From Candidatus Aminicenantes bacterium (GTDB taxonomy: Bacteria; Acidobacteriota; Aminicenantia; Aminicenantales; Aminicenantaceae), in the NCBI GenBank assembly GCA_014727835.1, contig WJMT01000068.1, positions 12,327 through 76,326 on the forward strand: 64,000 nucleotides of DNA, in the 5' to 3' direction. Both the position numbers and the translations under genes were made by a program. Below, piece by piece: positions 45,735 through 55,634 of this stretch; position 1 is the first letter of the stretch; each line of letters starts with the position of its first letter. A model generated the notes under the pieces. The model was not told the DNA's origin and did no database searches. It was given only the letters and a program-made list of their open reading frames with translations.

Positions 45735-47267
45735 CTATTCCCATTCAATGGTCCCGGGAGGTTTTGAAGTGATATCATACACCACCCGATTGACTCCATT
45801 GACTTCATTGACGATTCGGGTGGAGATTCTGGAAAGTAGAGAAGGATCCGCTGGAAACCATCCTGCGGTCATGCCGTCCACACTTTGAACCAATCTCACC
45901 ACCACCACCCGCTGATAAGTCCTTTTATCTCCCATAACTCCGACTGATTTTACAGGGAGCAAAACCGCAAAAGCCTGCCACAAATCATGATAGACTCCAG
46001 CTCTCCTCACTTCTTCGATAACTACAGCATCAGCTTCTCTGATAGTCTTCAATCGGTCCTCTGTGACTTCACCCACCACGCGTACTGCCAAACCAGGGCC
46101 CGGAAATGGATGCTGAGTGATGAAATCGTTTTTGATTCCCATTTCCATTCCCAGTTTCCTGACTTCATCCTTGAAAAGCTCCTTGAGTGGCTCCACCAAA
46201 TCAAAGGACAAGTCCCTGGGCAATCCTCCCACATTATGATGAGATTTGATACTGGAAGAGGGGCCTGTTACTGGGTTGCTTTCAATCACATCAGGATAAA
46301 TAGTGCCCTGAGCGAGAAACTTGACGTCCCCAATTTTTTTTGCTTCTCGTTCAAATATCTTTATAAACTCCCTGCCGATAGATTTTCTCTTCTTCTCAGG
46401 CTCGATCACTCCTTTGAGATTTCTTAGAAAACTTTCTGTGGCATCCACAGCCACCACATGGAGATCAAAATCACTCCGAAATGTTTTGATCAGAGATTCG
46501 AACTGACCCTTTCTCAAAAGACCGTTGTTCACAAATATGCAGGTCAGGTTTTTATCCACTGCTTTTTTGACCAAAAGTGAGGTCACCAGAGAATCCACTC
46601 CTCCACTGAGCCCGCAGATCACTTTTTCATCTTTGATCAATTCTCTCAGCTCCTGAACTTTCCTCTGGATGAATGACTCCATATTCCAGTTGGGTTTCAT
46701 TCCAGCTATTTTGAATAGGAAATTTGATAAAACTTTTTTTCCCTGGTGAGTGTGAATGACCTCAGGATGAAACTGAACTCCAAAGAATCGGTCTTTTTGA
46801 TTTTCGATCACTGCCGTGTCACAATTTTCTGTGACTCCGGTCACTGTGAATCCGGGAGGAACCTTCAAGACCCGGTCTCCATGGCTCATCCATACTTGAC
46901 TGTGATCCCCCAGTCCTTCCAACAAACCCTGTTTTGTCTTTATTTCTAGCGAGGCAAACCCATACTCTCTTTTCTGAGAAGAAACGACCTTGCCTCCCAA
47001 TAAATCAGACATCAATTGGAGACCATAACAGATTCCCAGAACAGGAACCTCCAGTTCCTCTATATCAATAGATGGCATTGGGGCGTCCTGGTCATAAACA
47101 CTCTGAGGGCCTCCTGATAGAATGACCGCTCCGGCGGCTTGCTTCTGGACCTCTGGAAGGGAGGCTGTGAAGGGCAATATCTCTGAAAAAATTCCCAACT
47201 CTCTGATCTTCCTGGCAATGAGCTGAGTGTATTGAGACCCAAAATCAAGGATAATAACCTTTTTCAT
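45735..47267 (-). CDS. guaA: GMP synthase (glutamine-hydrolysing)
   Basis: GATase (GICYGLQL), the ATP-PPase motif SGGVDS and the C-terminus PPGTIEWE. Confidence 0.97.
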   Translation of the reverse strand: MKKVIILDFGSQYTQLIARKIRELGIFSEILPFTASLPEVQKQAAGAVILSGGPQSVYDQDAPMPSIDIEELEVPVLGICYGLQLMSDLLGGKVVSSQKREYGFASLEIKTKQGLLEGLGDHSQVWMSHGDRVLKVPPGFTVTGVTENCDTAVIENQKDRFFGVQFHPEVIHTHQGKKVLSNFLFKIAGMKPNWNMESFIQRKVQELRELIKDEKVICGLSGGVDSLVTSLLVKKAVDKNLTCIFVNNGLLRKGQFESLIKTFRSDFDLHVVAVDATESFLRNLKGVIEPEKKRKSIGREFIKIFEREAKKIGDVKFLAQGTIYPDVIESNPVTGPSSSIKSHHNVGGLPRDLSFDLVEPLKELFKDEVRKLGMEMGIKNDFITQHPFPGPGLAVRVVGEVTEDRLKTIREADAVVIEEVRRAGVYHDLWQAFAVLLPVKSVGVMGDKRTYQRVVVVRLVQSVDGMTAGWFPADPSLLSRISTRIVNEVNGVNRVVYDITSKPPGTIEWE

Positions 47268-47336
47268 GTTTTGATTTTATCAGACTCTTTTTTGGTTGTA
47301 AATCAAAACACCATAATCAAGAAAAGATTCCCGTAA

Positions 47337-47365
47337 TTGACTTAAAGACCCAAATTTTTTATAGT
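47337..47365 (+). promoter_or_regulatory. sigma70-type promoter upstream of apgM
   Basis: TTGACT (47337-47342), 17-nt spacer, TATAGT (47360-47365). Confidence 0.55.
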
Positions 47366-47368
47366 GGA

Positions 47369-48577
47369 TTGAGGATGAATAAAGAAGAGTTTTTAAAAGA
47401 TCTTTGTATAGAAACAGATTCCAAAATCATTCTTTTGGTTATGGACGGCTTGGGAGATCTGCCTGAAAACGGAAAAACAGCTTTGGAAACCGCGTCCACT
47501 CCAAATCTGGATCACCTGGCTAAATCAGGCTGCTGCGGACTCACCGATCCTGTTTTCAGAGGAATCACACCTGGAAGCGGACCTGCTCATTTGTCTCTTT
47601 TTGGCTATGAACCCACAAAGTACATTCTGGGAAGAGGAATTTTGGAAGCGTTGGGAATCGATGTCCATGTTGAAAAAAATGACCTGGTAGCCAGAGGGAA
47701 TTTCGCCACATTAAAGGACGGTCTGATTCAAGATCGGAGAGCCGGGCGTATTTCAACAGAGGAGAACCGAAGACTTTGTAAAAAACTCAACCAGTCCGTT
47801 CAAAAAGTGGACAGCACCAAAATATCTTTTTTCACCGGAAAAGAACACCGTTTTGTGGTCAAATTCACAGCCCAAGGCCTCTCAGATCAGCTGTCTGATG
47901 CGGATCCTCAAAGAGACAACCGGCCACAAGTTTATCCCAAACCTTTATCCTCTAAAGCCCTAGAAACTGCAGATATGGTCCAAAAGGTCATGGACACAGT
48001 CATCCAAGTGCTCAAAGATGAAAGTCAAGCCAACACCCTCCTGCTTCGCGGATTCTCAAAATTTCCTTCCATTCCCAGCATGGAGGATTTGTTCAAGCTC
48101 AAACCAGCTGCCATTGCCAATTACCCGATGTATAAGGGACTGGCAAAGCTGGTGGGCATGAATGTCCTGGAAGCGGGATCTCGGCTTCCAGACCTTTTTG
48201 AAACTCTGAAAGGATTCTATCAGGAATACAATTTTTTCTATGTTCACGTGAAAAAAACCGATTCTTTTGGTGAGGACGGAGACTTTCCCTCAAAAATAGA
48301 AGTCATTGAAAAAACAGACCAGTTCGTTCCAGACCTTCTTGATTTGGAACCGGATGTATTGGTGGTGACATCAGACCATTCCACTCCCTGTCTTTTAAAG
48401 TCCCATTCCTGGCATCCCAATCCTTTTTTGATTTTCTCCGAGTCTGCTCAAGTCGACTCCACGGAAAAGTTTTCCGAGAAAGAATGCAGCCGTGGATATT
48501 TGGGTCGGTTCCGGTCTGTGTATGCCATGCCCTTGATGCTGGCACATGCAGGAAAACTCACAAAGTTCGGAGCCTAA
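47369..48577 (+). CDS. apgM: cofactor-independent phosphoglycerate mutase, archaeal type (ApgM)
   Basis: Contains ILLVMDGLGD and VVTSDHSTPC. The start is either TTG 47369 or ATG 47375. Confidence 0.85.
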   Translation: MRMNKEEFLKDLCIETDSKIILLVMDGLGDLPENGKTALETASTPNLDHLAKSGCCGLTDPVFRGITPGSGPAHLSLFGYEPTKYILGRGILEALGIDVHVEKNDLVARGNFATLKDGLIQDRRAGRISTEENRRLCKKLNQSVQKVDSTKISFFTGKEHRFVVKFTAQGLSDQLSDADPQRDNRPQVYPKPLSSKALETADMVQKVMDTVIQVLKDESQANTLLLRGFSKFPSIPSMEDLFKLKPAAIANYPMYKGLAKLVGMNVLEAGSRLPDLFETLKGFYQEYNFFYVHVKKTDSFGEDGDFPSKIEVIEKTDQFVPDLLDLEPDVLVVTSDHSTPCLLKSHSWHPNPFLIFSESAQVDSTEKFSEKECSRGYLGRFRSVYAMPLMLAHAGKLTKFGA

Positions 48578-48637
48578 AGGTGAACCAAGGTGCATAAATT
48601 TGATTAATTTTATAGATATTATATAATTTAAATACAC

Positions 48638-49789
48638 ATGGACAAAAAAAAGAGACTCCCCTGTCTTCTCTTGATATTCCTCATCGCACCCGCAGTGTTT
48701 CCCCAATCCAGCGCAGACTCCCGGATAGAAATCTATAATCTCCGCCACCACACGCATCCCTCCTTCACCAGGATCGTTATTGATGTGGGAGGATTGAGAG
48801 AATACTTCTTTGACGAACTCCGTTCTCCGGACCGGGTCTATGTGGATGTCTTTCAAGCGAAACTCAATCCCATTCTTCACACCAAAACAGTAAGCCTAAA
48901 CAATGACTACATCCATGAGATCCGCATCGCTCAAAAAAATCACACCACTGTGCGCACAGCTGTGGACCTTGATTTTTCCAAGATTGATCATTATCGGGTC
49001 TGGCATCTTCCAGATCCATTTCGAATCATCATTGACATCTACCCTACAAAAAACACTTCAGCTCCTCTGCCCACTGATGCCGGATATTCCATGGCAAGGC
49101 AGCTGGGTTTGGGAATCAAAAGGATTGTGATTGACCCGGGACACGGAGGCAAGGATCCCGGATGTATCGGAAGCCGATACACCCAGGAAAAAGCCATAGT
49201 CTTGGACATTGCAAAGCGGCTGAAAAATCTTCTCAGCACACACCAAGAGCTCGAAGTCATCATGACCAGGGAAACAGATATATTTGTCCCTGTTGAAAAC
49301 AGGCCTGTGATCGCCAATCAGAAAAAAGCGGACCTGTTCATTTCTATCCATGCCAATGCCAATCCCAGGAAAAGCTACAGCGGCACAGCGACTTTCTTTC
49401 TTAATTTCAGTACCGATCCATCAGTCAATGCCATTGCAGCCAGAGAAAATGCCACCTCTACAAAAAGCATCGGAGACATGAAGGAAATCATCACCAAAAT
49501 CGCGCAGAACAGCAAAATCACAGAATCCAAAGAACTGGCAGAAAACATCCAAAATAATCTGACATCAAATCTAAAAAAATCTTACAAATACACCAAAGAC
49601 CTGGGTGTTAAGGGAGGTCCTTTTTGGGTCCTGATCGGAGGAGACATGCCCTCTGTCCTGGTTGAGACTCTTCATATGTCCAACTCAAGAGAAGAAGCTC
49701 TGCTCAGGTCAGATGATTACCGTCAAAAAATCGCCCATGGCATATACCAGGGCATTGTCCAGTATATGCAATCTTTAGGAAAAGGATAA
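48638..49789 (+). CDS. N-acetylmuramoyl-L-alanine amidase with an AMIN domain
   Basis: Signal peptide, an AMIN-like domain (FTRIVIDV...RIIIDIYP) and an Amidase_3 domain (IDPGHGGKDPG, SIHANA). Confidence 0.88.
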   Translation: MDKKKRLPCLLLIFLIAPAVFPQSSADSRIEIYNLRHHTHPSFTRIVIDVGGLREYFFDELRSPDRVYVDVFQAKLNPILHTKTVSLNNDYIHEIRIAQKNHTTVRTAVDLDFSKIDHYRVWHLPDPFRIIIDIYPTKNTSAPLPTDAGYSMARQLGLGIKRIVIDPGHGGKDPGCIGSRYTQEKAIVLDIAKRLKNLLSTHQELEVIMTRETDIFVPVENRPVIANQKKADLFISIHANANPRKSYSGTATFFLNFSTDPSVNAIAARENATSTKSIGDMKEIITKIAQNSKITESKELAENIQNNLTSNLKKSYKYTKDLGVKGGPFWVLIGGDMPSVLVETLHMSNSREEALLRSDDYRQKIAHGIYQGIVQYMQSLGKG

Positions 49790-49794
49790 ACAAA

Positions 49795-50682
49795 ATGAAA
49801 AGAAGAGATTTCATCAAGAACATGGCAGCAGGAAGCCTCATTTTAAACATGAATCCGGGTCTTTTTTCCCAGAGTCAAAACTATCCTGACTTGGCCGTCA
49901 TCCAGGGAGAATCCCCTTCTCAAATCACCAAGGAAGCTCTTTCAGCCATTGGTGGGATGAGCCGGTTCATCTCCAAAGGAGATGAAGTCCTGGTCAAGCC
50001 AAACATAGGCTGGGACAGAACCCCGGAACAGGCAGCCTGCACCAATCCGGAAGTGGTCAAAACCATTGTGGAGCTTTGTTTTGAAGCTGGAGCCAAAAAA
50101 GTCAAGGTCATGGACCATCCCTGCAACCCTGCGCGAAGGACATATGTCCGGTCCGGAATTGCCGAGGCAGCCAAGGAAGCGGGAGCTGATGTCCCTTTCC
50201 CCAATGAACACAAGCTGAAAAAAGTCCCCATCAACGGCCAAAAACTCAAAGAATGGGAAGTCTACAGGGACTTTCTGGAAACAGATAAGCTCATCAATGT
50301 TCCCATCACTAAGCACCACAGTCTTTCCCGGCTGACACTCGGGATGAAAAACTGGCTGGGAGCTTTAGGAGGAAATAGAAATCAGCTCCATCAAAGCCTG
50401 GATTATGCTATGGTGGACCTGGCAGCCTTTTTCAAACCTGTCCTGTCCCTTTTGGATGCCTACCGGATCCTTCACAGAAACGGACCTCAAGGAGGCCGCT
50501 TATCTGACGTGAAGCTCCACAAAACCGTGGTGGCAGGTGTGGATTATGTGGCCGTGGATCGGATGGGAGCCCAGTTTATGGGGATGTCTCCCCAAGAACT
50601 CAAATATCTTGACATCGCACACCAGCGAGGACTCGGAGAAATCGACCTGGGAAAATTGAACATTGAAAAAAGAAAGATCTAA
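49795..50682 (+). CDS. Tat-signal DUF362-domain protein
   Basis: MKRRDFIKNMAAGSL twin-arginine signal and a DUF362-like core (VLVKPNIGW...NPEVVKTIVE). Confidence 0.75.
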   Translation: MKRRDFIKNMAAGSLILNMNPGLFSQSQNYPDLAVIQGESPSQITKEALSAIGGMSRFISKGDEVLVKPNIGWDRTPEQAACTNPEVVKTIVELCFEAGAKKVKVMDHPCNPARRTYVRSGIAEAAKEAGADVPFPNEHKLKKVPINGQKLKEWEVYRDFLETDKLINVPITKHHSLSRLTLGMKNWLGALGGNRNQLHQSLDYAMVDLAAFFKPVLSLLDAYRILHRNGPQGGRLSDVKLHKTVVAGVDYVAVDRMGAQFMGMSPQELKYLDIAHQRGLGEIDLGKLNIEKRKI

Positions 50683-52258
50683 AAAATACAGAGCCATTCA
50701 AGCGCTCAGGGTTATCAGCCAAATTCTGTTTTTTAGCCTGTTTTTTTATCTTCTGCTGGGAACTCATTTCCCCGGGAAAGATTACATTGGAAATGTGGAA
50801 ATCTTTTTCCACTTTGATCCTCTTCTGGCTCTGACCACTATCATTGCGGCCAAAGCTGTCTTCGTTTCTTTTGTGTTTGCCGCGATCACCATTGTTCTGA
50901 CTTTTATTCTGGGTCGTTTTGTGTGCGGCTGGGTGTGCCCCTTGGGTTCGATTCATCAATTTTTCTCCTTTGTCTTTAAAAAAAGCAAACTCTTGAAGCC
51001 CAAGAAAATCAAAAACAATCTTCCGGCTTTAAAATACTACATACTTGTGATCATTTTAATAGGAACTGTATTCTCATTGAACCTAGTAGGGATTATGGAT
51101 CCCCTCTCTCTGTTGTACCGCTCTTTTGCTGTAGGCGTGATGCCTGTGCTCAACCACACTTTTTCCAATGTCATAGGCCTTCTCTACCAGGCAGAATTTT
51201 ATTCTGTAGCTGATCCTGTCGCCCAATTCTTCACCACTCTGGATATCAATTCCCTATTCACCCAGGTTTTTTTCATCGGCTTGTTGTTCTTAGGAATCGC
51301 GGCCTTAAATATTCATCGTGAACGATTCTGGTGCCGGTATCTGTGTCCCTTAGGAGCCCTGCTGGCTCTGTTCTCCAGATGGAACATCCTCAAGCTTAAC
51401 ATCGATCCCCAGAAATGCATCGAATGCAACCTCTGTACCATTCACTGTGAAACACAAGCCAATCCCTTTCCCAACCATGAATGGAAAAGCTCTGAGTGCA
51501 TCTATTGCTTCACCTGCAGCTCCATCTGTCCCACAAATGCCATTCGATTTCCTTTAAAAACCATGCTGGAATCCATTGAAACAGTGAATCTCTCCCGAAG
51601 AAAACTTCTGTTCACATCTTTAGCGGGTTTGGTTGCGGTCCCGTTTTTTCGTCTCTCACCAGAGTCCAAAAGAGCTTCTGAAAAGCTGATCCGGCCTCCG
51701 GGAGCACTCCCGGAAAAGCAATTCTTAGAGAAATGTGTGAAATGCGGGGAATGCATGAAAGTCTGTCCCACTAACGCCATTCAACCCGCCCTCAAACAGG
51801 CCGGTCCTGAAGGATTGTGGACTCCTATGCTGGTTCCTGAGATCGGATACTGCGAATACTACTGCTCTCTGTGCACTCAGGTCTGCCCAACCGGAGCCAT
51901 TAAGGAATTGACTGTTCCGGAGAAAACTCAGGTCAAAATCGGGACTTCTTGGATCAACAAAAACCGCTGCATCCCATGGAAATTTGGAGATCCCTGCATT
52001 GTGTGCGAAGAGCACTGCCCGGTGTCTCCCAAAGCCATCAAACTCCTGAATACAGAAGTCAAAACTCCTGAAGGGGAGATCAAAACTCCGCTGGCTCCGG
52101 TCATTGACACAGAACTGTGTATCGGCTGTGGGATTTGTGAAAACAAATGTCCTGTGGTGGACCAGCCCGCTGTCTATGTGACCAGTGTGGGAGAGTCTCG
52201 ATCAGAGGAAAACCAGCTCAAACTGGATCTGATTTCCGGAAGCGGGGGCATTTACTGA
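50663..52258 (+). CDS. NapH/NosR-like membrane polyferredoxin
   Basis: TM segments with CGWVCPLG and CRYLCPLG motifs. Six CxxCxxCxxxCP ferredoxin motifs follow. It uses a TTG start overlapping the DUF362 gene by 20 nt. Confidence 0.8.
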   Translation: MKKERSKKYRAIQALRVISQILFFSLFFYLLLGTHFPGKDYIGNVEIFFHFDPLLALTTIIAAKAVFVSFVFAAITIVLTFILGRFVCGWVCPLGSIHQFFSFVFKKSKLLKPKKIKNNLPALKYYILVIILIGTVFSLNLVGIMDPLSLLYRSFAVGVMPVLNHTFSNVIGLLYQAEFYSVADPVAQFFTTLDINSLFTQVFFIGLLFLGIAALNIHRERFWCRYLCPLGALLALFSRWNILKLNIDPQKCIECNLCTIHCETQANPFPNHEWKSSECIYCFTCSSICPTNAIRFPLKTMLESIETVNLSRRKLLFTSLAGLVAVPFFRLSPESKRASEKLIRPPGALPEKQFLEKCVKCGECMKVCPTNAIQPALKQAGPEGLWTPMLVPEIGYCEYYCSLCTQVCPTGAIKELTVPEKTQVKIGTSWINKNRCIPWKFGDPCIVCEEHCPVSPKAIKLLNTEVKTPEGEIKTPLAPVIDTELCIGCGICENKCPVVDQPAVYVTSVGESRSEENQLKLDLISGSGGIY

Positions 52259-52286
52259 TTCCCCATCAAATAGACCAAAGAAGAGC

Positions 52287-52697
52287 ATGAACAAATTTAT
52301 TTTAAGCATCATCATCACATGGACAGCGGCCTATGTCATTAAAATCTTATTCATCTTGATCAAACAAGGCCGGCTGAACAAGGAAATGCTGGTGATGAAC
52401 GGAGGAATGCCTTCAGGGCACACAGCTCTGGCCGCTTCTTTGACCATGGCTCTTCTTTTAGAGACCGGTTTCTCTCCTTATTTTCTGATCGGAGTGGTCA
52501 TTACCATTCTTGTGATCTATGATGCGGTCAATGTGAGACCTCTTATCGAACAACAGTCCCGAGTCATCAATAAGCTCACTGAAGAAAGAGATGATCTTCC
52601 CAAACTAGAGGAAAAAGTGGGCCACACCTTAGGAGAAGTCATGGTCAGTCTGGGGCTGAGTGTGGCCATCCCTTTAATAGTTTACACTTTTTTTTGA
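52287..52697 (+). CDS. divergent PAP2 (DUF212) membrane protein
   Basis: NGGMPSGHTALAASLTMAL motif. The protein is 136 aa with 3-4 TM helices. Confidence 0.75.
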   Translation: MNKFILSIIITWTAAYVIKILFILIKQGRLNKEMLVMNGGMPSGHTALAASLTMALLLETGFSPYFLIGVVITILVIYDAVNVRPLIEQQSRVINKLTEERDDLPKLEEKVGHTLGEVMVSLGLSVAIPLIVYTFF

Positions 52698-52703
52698 TGC
52701 GGT

Positions 52704-54365
52704 TTGCTAGCCAGCAAGGATCCATCAATGATAGATCAACATAAAGGGGTTTGGGCAGGTGTTTTAATAACCAGTCTTTTTTGGATCCTCTTCTCCCTTC
52801 AGGGCTGTCCATACCTAAAACAAAGTCCCCCCCAATATATATTCCTCATCACCCTAGATACCACCAGAGCTGACCACATCCATTATTCACTTGAAGAAAA
52901 CACCCTCACTCCGAACCTGGCTGTACTGGCCTCACAGGGGATCTATTTTTCAAATGCCTACTCCCTCATCCCTATCACACTGCCTTCTCATCTTTCTATG
53001 TTTTATTCTCTTCCCCCGCATATCCTCAGAGTCTATAACAACGGAGAAATCAATCTTTCTCCCCTGCCTAGTTTGGAAAAAATCCTCAAAAACAACGGAT
53101 ATAACACTGGAGCCGTGATTTCTCTGGGTACAGTATCTTTGAGGTGGGGTATTGGAACAGATTTTGATCATTATATTGAAAATTTCAGAAAACCTTATCT
53201 TTGGTACAAAACCGGAGAGCATGTGAATGAAGATGCGTTTACTCTAATCAACCAACTGAAACACAACAAAACCTATTTCTGGATCCATTATTCCGATCCT
53301 CATTCTCCTTATTTCACTCCTGAATACAAAGGCGAGTTTTCTGTTTCTCTAAATGGAGAAAAGAAATTCGTTTCAAAAAGTACAGAAAGGGCTCTGGTGG
53401 AGCTCAAGCTGACTTTAAAGCCCGGACAAAACATCCTGAAGCTGGATACAGAGGTGCCCAAGCAAATAAAACAAGACAAAGATCTAAATATTGAATGGAT
53501 CGAATATGAAGACTTTTCTATAACTCCTCTCCCCGAAAACAGAAATCCGACGGCCAAATTCCCTAGGGAATGGATCAAAGAATCACTTTCCAACAGCGTG
53601 AACTTCAGAACACATCAACTCAACTCTTCAATCGAACTTCAAAACAAAGGGACTCAAAACATAAAAACGCAACTGTACTTTGTCTTCAAGATGGTGCCTA
53701 CAGTCAAGTCAACTCAAATCCTGTACCGAAAAGAAGTCCAATATATGGATGAATGCATCGGGAAACTTATTGATTTTCTCAAAAAAAACGGTTTTTATAA
53801 AGACTCTGCCTTTGTGATCATGGGTGACCACGGAGAAGGTTTGGGGGAGTACCAAAATCACGTGGGACACATCCATTTTTTAAATAAATGTTTTGTGCAG
53901 ACTCCGTTGATTATCAGCGGCAAAAACATAAGGAAACAAGGAATTCGGAAAGAGCTCGCTTCCAACCTGGACATCGCTCCCACCATCCTGGATATGGCCC
54001 AAATCAAAAAACCTGAATTTATGATGGGCGATTCGTTGTTGAATCCTTTAAAAAACCAAAAACTCCTGCTCGAGACTTATGCGCCCGAAGCCCGGGGAAA
54101 TGCATTTTCCATCATCAATTTTCCTTATCAAATCATTGTTTACCCTTACAGGGATCAAAACAAATTGGAGCTTATCGACCTGACTGCAGACAAACTCGGA
54201 GTTGAAAATCTCATGAATCACCAAGGATTGAAACTTGAATCCAAATACAGTCTTATCAAGGATGTGCAGGAAAAAGCCCAACAATTGAGCCAAAAAAGAG
54301 AAAACAAGCCCAAAATCTCTGAAATCGATGAAGACATACTCAAATCCCTGGGATACATCAAATAA
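52704..54365 (+). CDS. sulfatase-like hydrolase/transferase (alkaline phosphatase superfamily)
   Basis: ITLDTTRADHI, TLPSH and MGDHGEGLGE motifs. The N-terminal hydrophobic segment ends in LQGC. The start is TTG 52704 or ATG 52728. Confidence 0.75.
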   Translation: MLASKDPSMIDQHKGVWAGVLITSLFWILFSLQGCPYLKQSPPQYIFLITLDTTRADHIHYSLEENTLTPNLAVLASQGIYFSNAYSLIPITLPSHLSMFYSLPPHILRVYNNGEINLSPLPSLEKILKNNGYNTGAVISLGTVSLRWGIGTDFDHYIENFRKPYLWYKTGEHVNEDAFTLINQLKHNKTYFWIHYSDPHSPYFTPEYKGEFSVSLNGEKKFVSKSTERALVELKLTLKPGQNILKLDTEVPKQIKQDKDLNIEWIEYEDFSITPLPENRNPTAKFPREWIKESLSNSVNFRTHQLNSSIELQNKGTQNIKTQLYFVFKMVPTVKSTQILYRKEVQYMDECIGKLIDFLKKNGFYKDSAFVIMGDHGEGLGEYQNHVGHIHFLNKCFVQTPLIISGKNIRKQGIRKELASNLDIAPTILDMAQIKKPEFMMGDSLLNPLKNQKLLLETYAPEARGNAFSIINFPYQIIVYPYRDQNKLELIDLTADKLGVENLMNHQGLKLESKYSLIKDVQEKAQQLSQKRENKPKISEIDEDILKSLGYIK

Positions 54366-54375
54366 AGGAGAACAA

Positions 54376-55632
54376 ATGAGAATCAAACTCCGTTGTTTTC
54401 GAATCTTTTTTATCCTCATTTCATTTGTCTTGCTTTTTGGAAATCTCTCATTAAAACCATGCACCGTGGCTGTTATCTCCGGAAAAGTCACCCCGGATGG
54501 ACGATCGCTGTTATGGAAAAATCGAGACACCAGCCATCCCAACAACAAGGTGATCTTTGTGCAAGGGCAAAGATACAGCTTTGTCGGTGTGGTCAATTCA
54601 GAAGACAGAGCTGCCAACTCAGTATGGCAGGGCATCAACTCCAAAGGATTTGCCATCATCAACTCTGCCTCCAATGACCTGCGTCCCAAAGGAGGTATTG
54701 TCACAGACAATGGAAGAGTGATGCGTCAAGCCCTTGAGACCTGCAGGAATGTTAAGGATTTTGAAACCCTGCTCCAAGAGACCAATGGAAAGCGCCGGGT
54801 GGCTGCCAACTACGGAGTCATTGATGCTTTCGGAAATGCCTGTTTTTTTGAGACCAGCAGTTCATCCTATGTGAAATTTGATGCCAATGACCCTGAAACA
54901 GCTCCGGATGGATATATTCTGCGCACTAATTTCGCTTTCTCTTCTCAGAGGAAAAATTTGGGGGGAGGATACATCCGGTTCGAAAGGATCTCCCGTCTGT
55001 TTCAAGCCGCTTCTTCAAAACAAGATTTGAACCTCCTGTTTATCCTCAAAAAAGCCTGCAGAGACCTGGTCAATGAAAAGCTCCGTTCTGACCCTTTGTC
55101 TCTGGACCCTGAACCAGGCAATGAATTCCCTCTTTTTATCCGAACCAATGACACCATCAACCGCATCTCAACCATTTCCGTTTCTGTGTTTCACGGAGCT
55201 CCCAATCCTGAAAAATCCTATTTAGCCACCATGTGGGTGATGCTGGGCCAGCCCGTCTGTTCGGTGGCTCTTCCAGTCTGGGTGCACGGGGAATCTGTCC
55301 CTGATGTGCTGGGAGGCCCGGAGACCGCACCCATGCATGATTTATCACAAAAACTCATCTCTTATCTCTATCATGACCAGAGAGCCAACATGAAGCAGTA
55401 CATGAACCTCTCCCGTTTTCTCAACTATAAGGATCAAGGCTTCCTGCCGATCATCCATTCCATCGAAGACCGCGTCATGGCCGAGGTGAATCAAAAACTG
55501 GAAGAATGGAGCAAAGACAAGCCCGGACAAAAAGAACTCAAAGCAGCTATGCGGCAGACCGCAAACAGTGCCTACCGAGCCCTTAAGGACTCATTTGCAG
55601 ATATCCTGGAAAAATCCCCCTCATCCTACTGA
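54376..55632 (+). CDS. secreted Ntn-hydrolase (peptidase C69/C45-like)
   Basis: A signal peptide is followed by CTVAVISGKVTPDGRSLLWKNRDT, a Cys-nucleophile N-terminus. AAAGGAG precedes the ATG at 54376. Confidence 0.6.
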   Translation: MRIKLRCFRIFFILISFVLLFGNLSLKPCTVAVISGKVTPDGRSLLWKNRDTSHPNNKVIFVQGQRYSFVGVVNSEDRAANSVWQGINSKGFAIINSASNDLRPKGGIVTDNGRVMRQALETCRNVKDFETLLQETNGKRRVAANYGVIDAFGNACFFETSSSSYVKFDANDPETAPDGYILRTNFAFSSQRKNLGGGYIRFERISRLFQAASSKQDLNLLFILKKACRDLVNEKLRSDPLSLDPEPGNEFPLFIRTNDTINRISTISVSVFHGAPNPEKSYLATMWVMLGQPVCSVALPVWVHGESVPDVLGGPETAPMHDLSQKLISYLYHDQRANMKQYMNLSRFLNYKDQGFLPIIHSIEDRVMAEVNQKLEEWSKDKPGQKELKAAMRQTANSAYRALKDSFADILEKSPSSY

Positions 55633-55634
55633 AC

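Noticed and set aside
48395-48880. 161-aa minus-strand ORF bridging apgM and the amidase gene
   Set aside because: It overlaps the ends of two well-supported plus-strand genes and the intergenic region. It has no RBS or motif.
54048-54710. 220-aa minus-strand ORF
   Set aside because: It is antisense across the sulfatase/Ntn-hydrolase junction. It is a shadow ORF.
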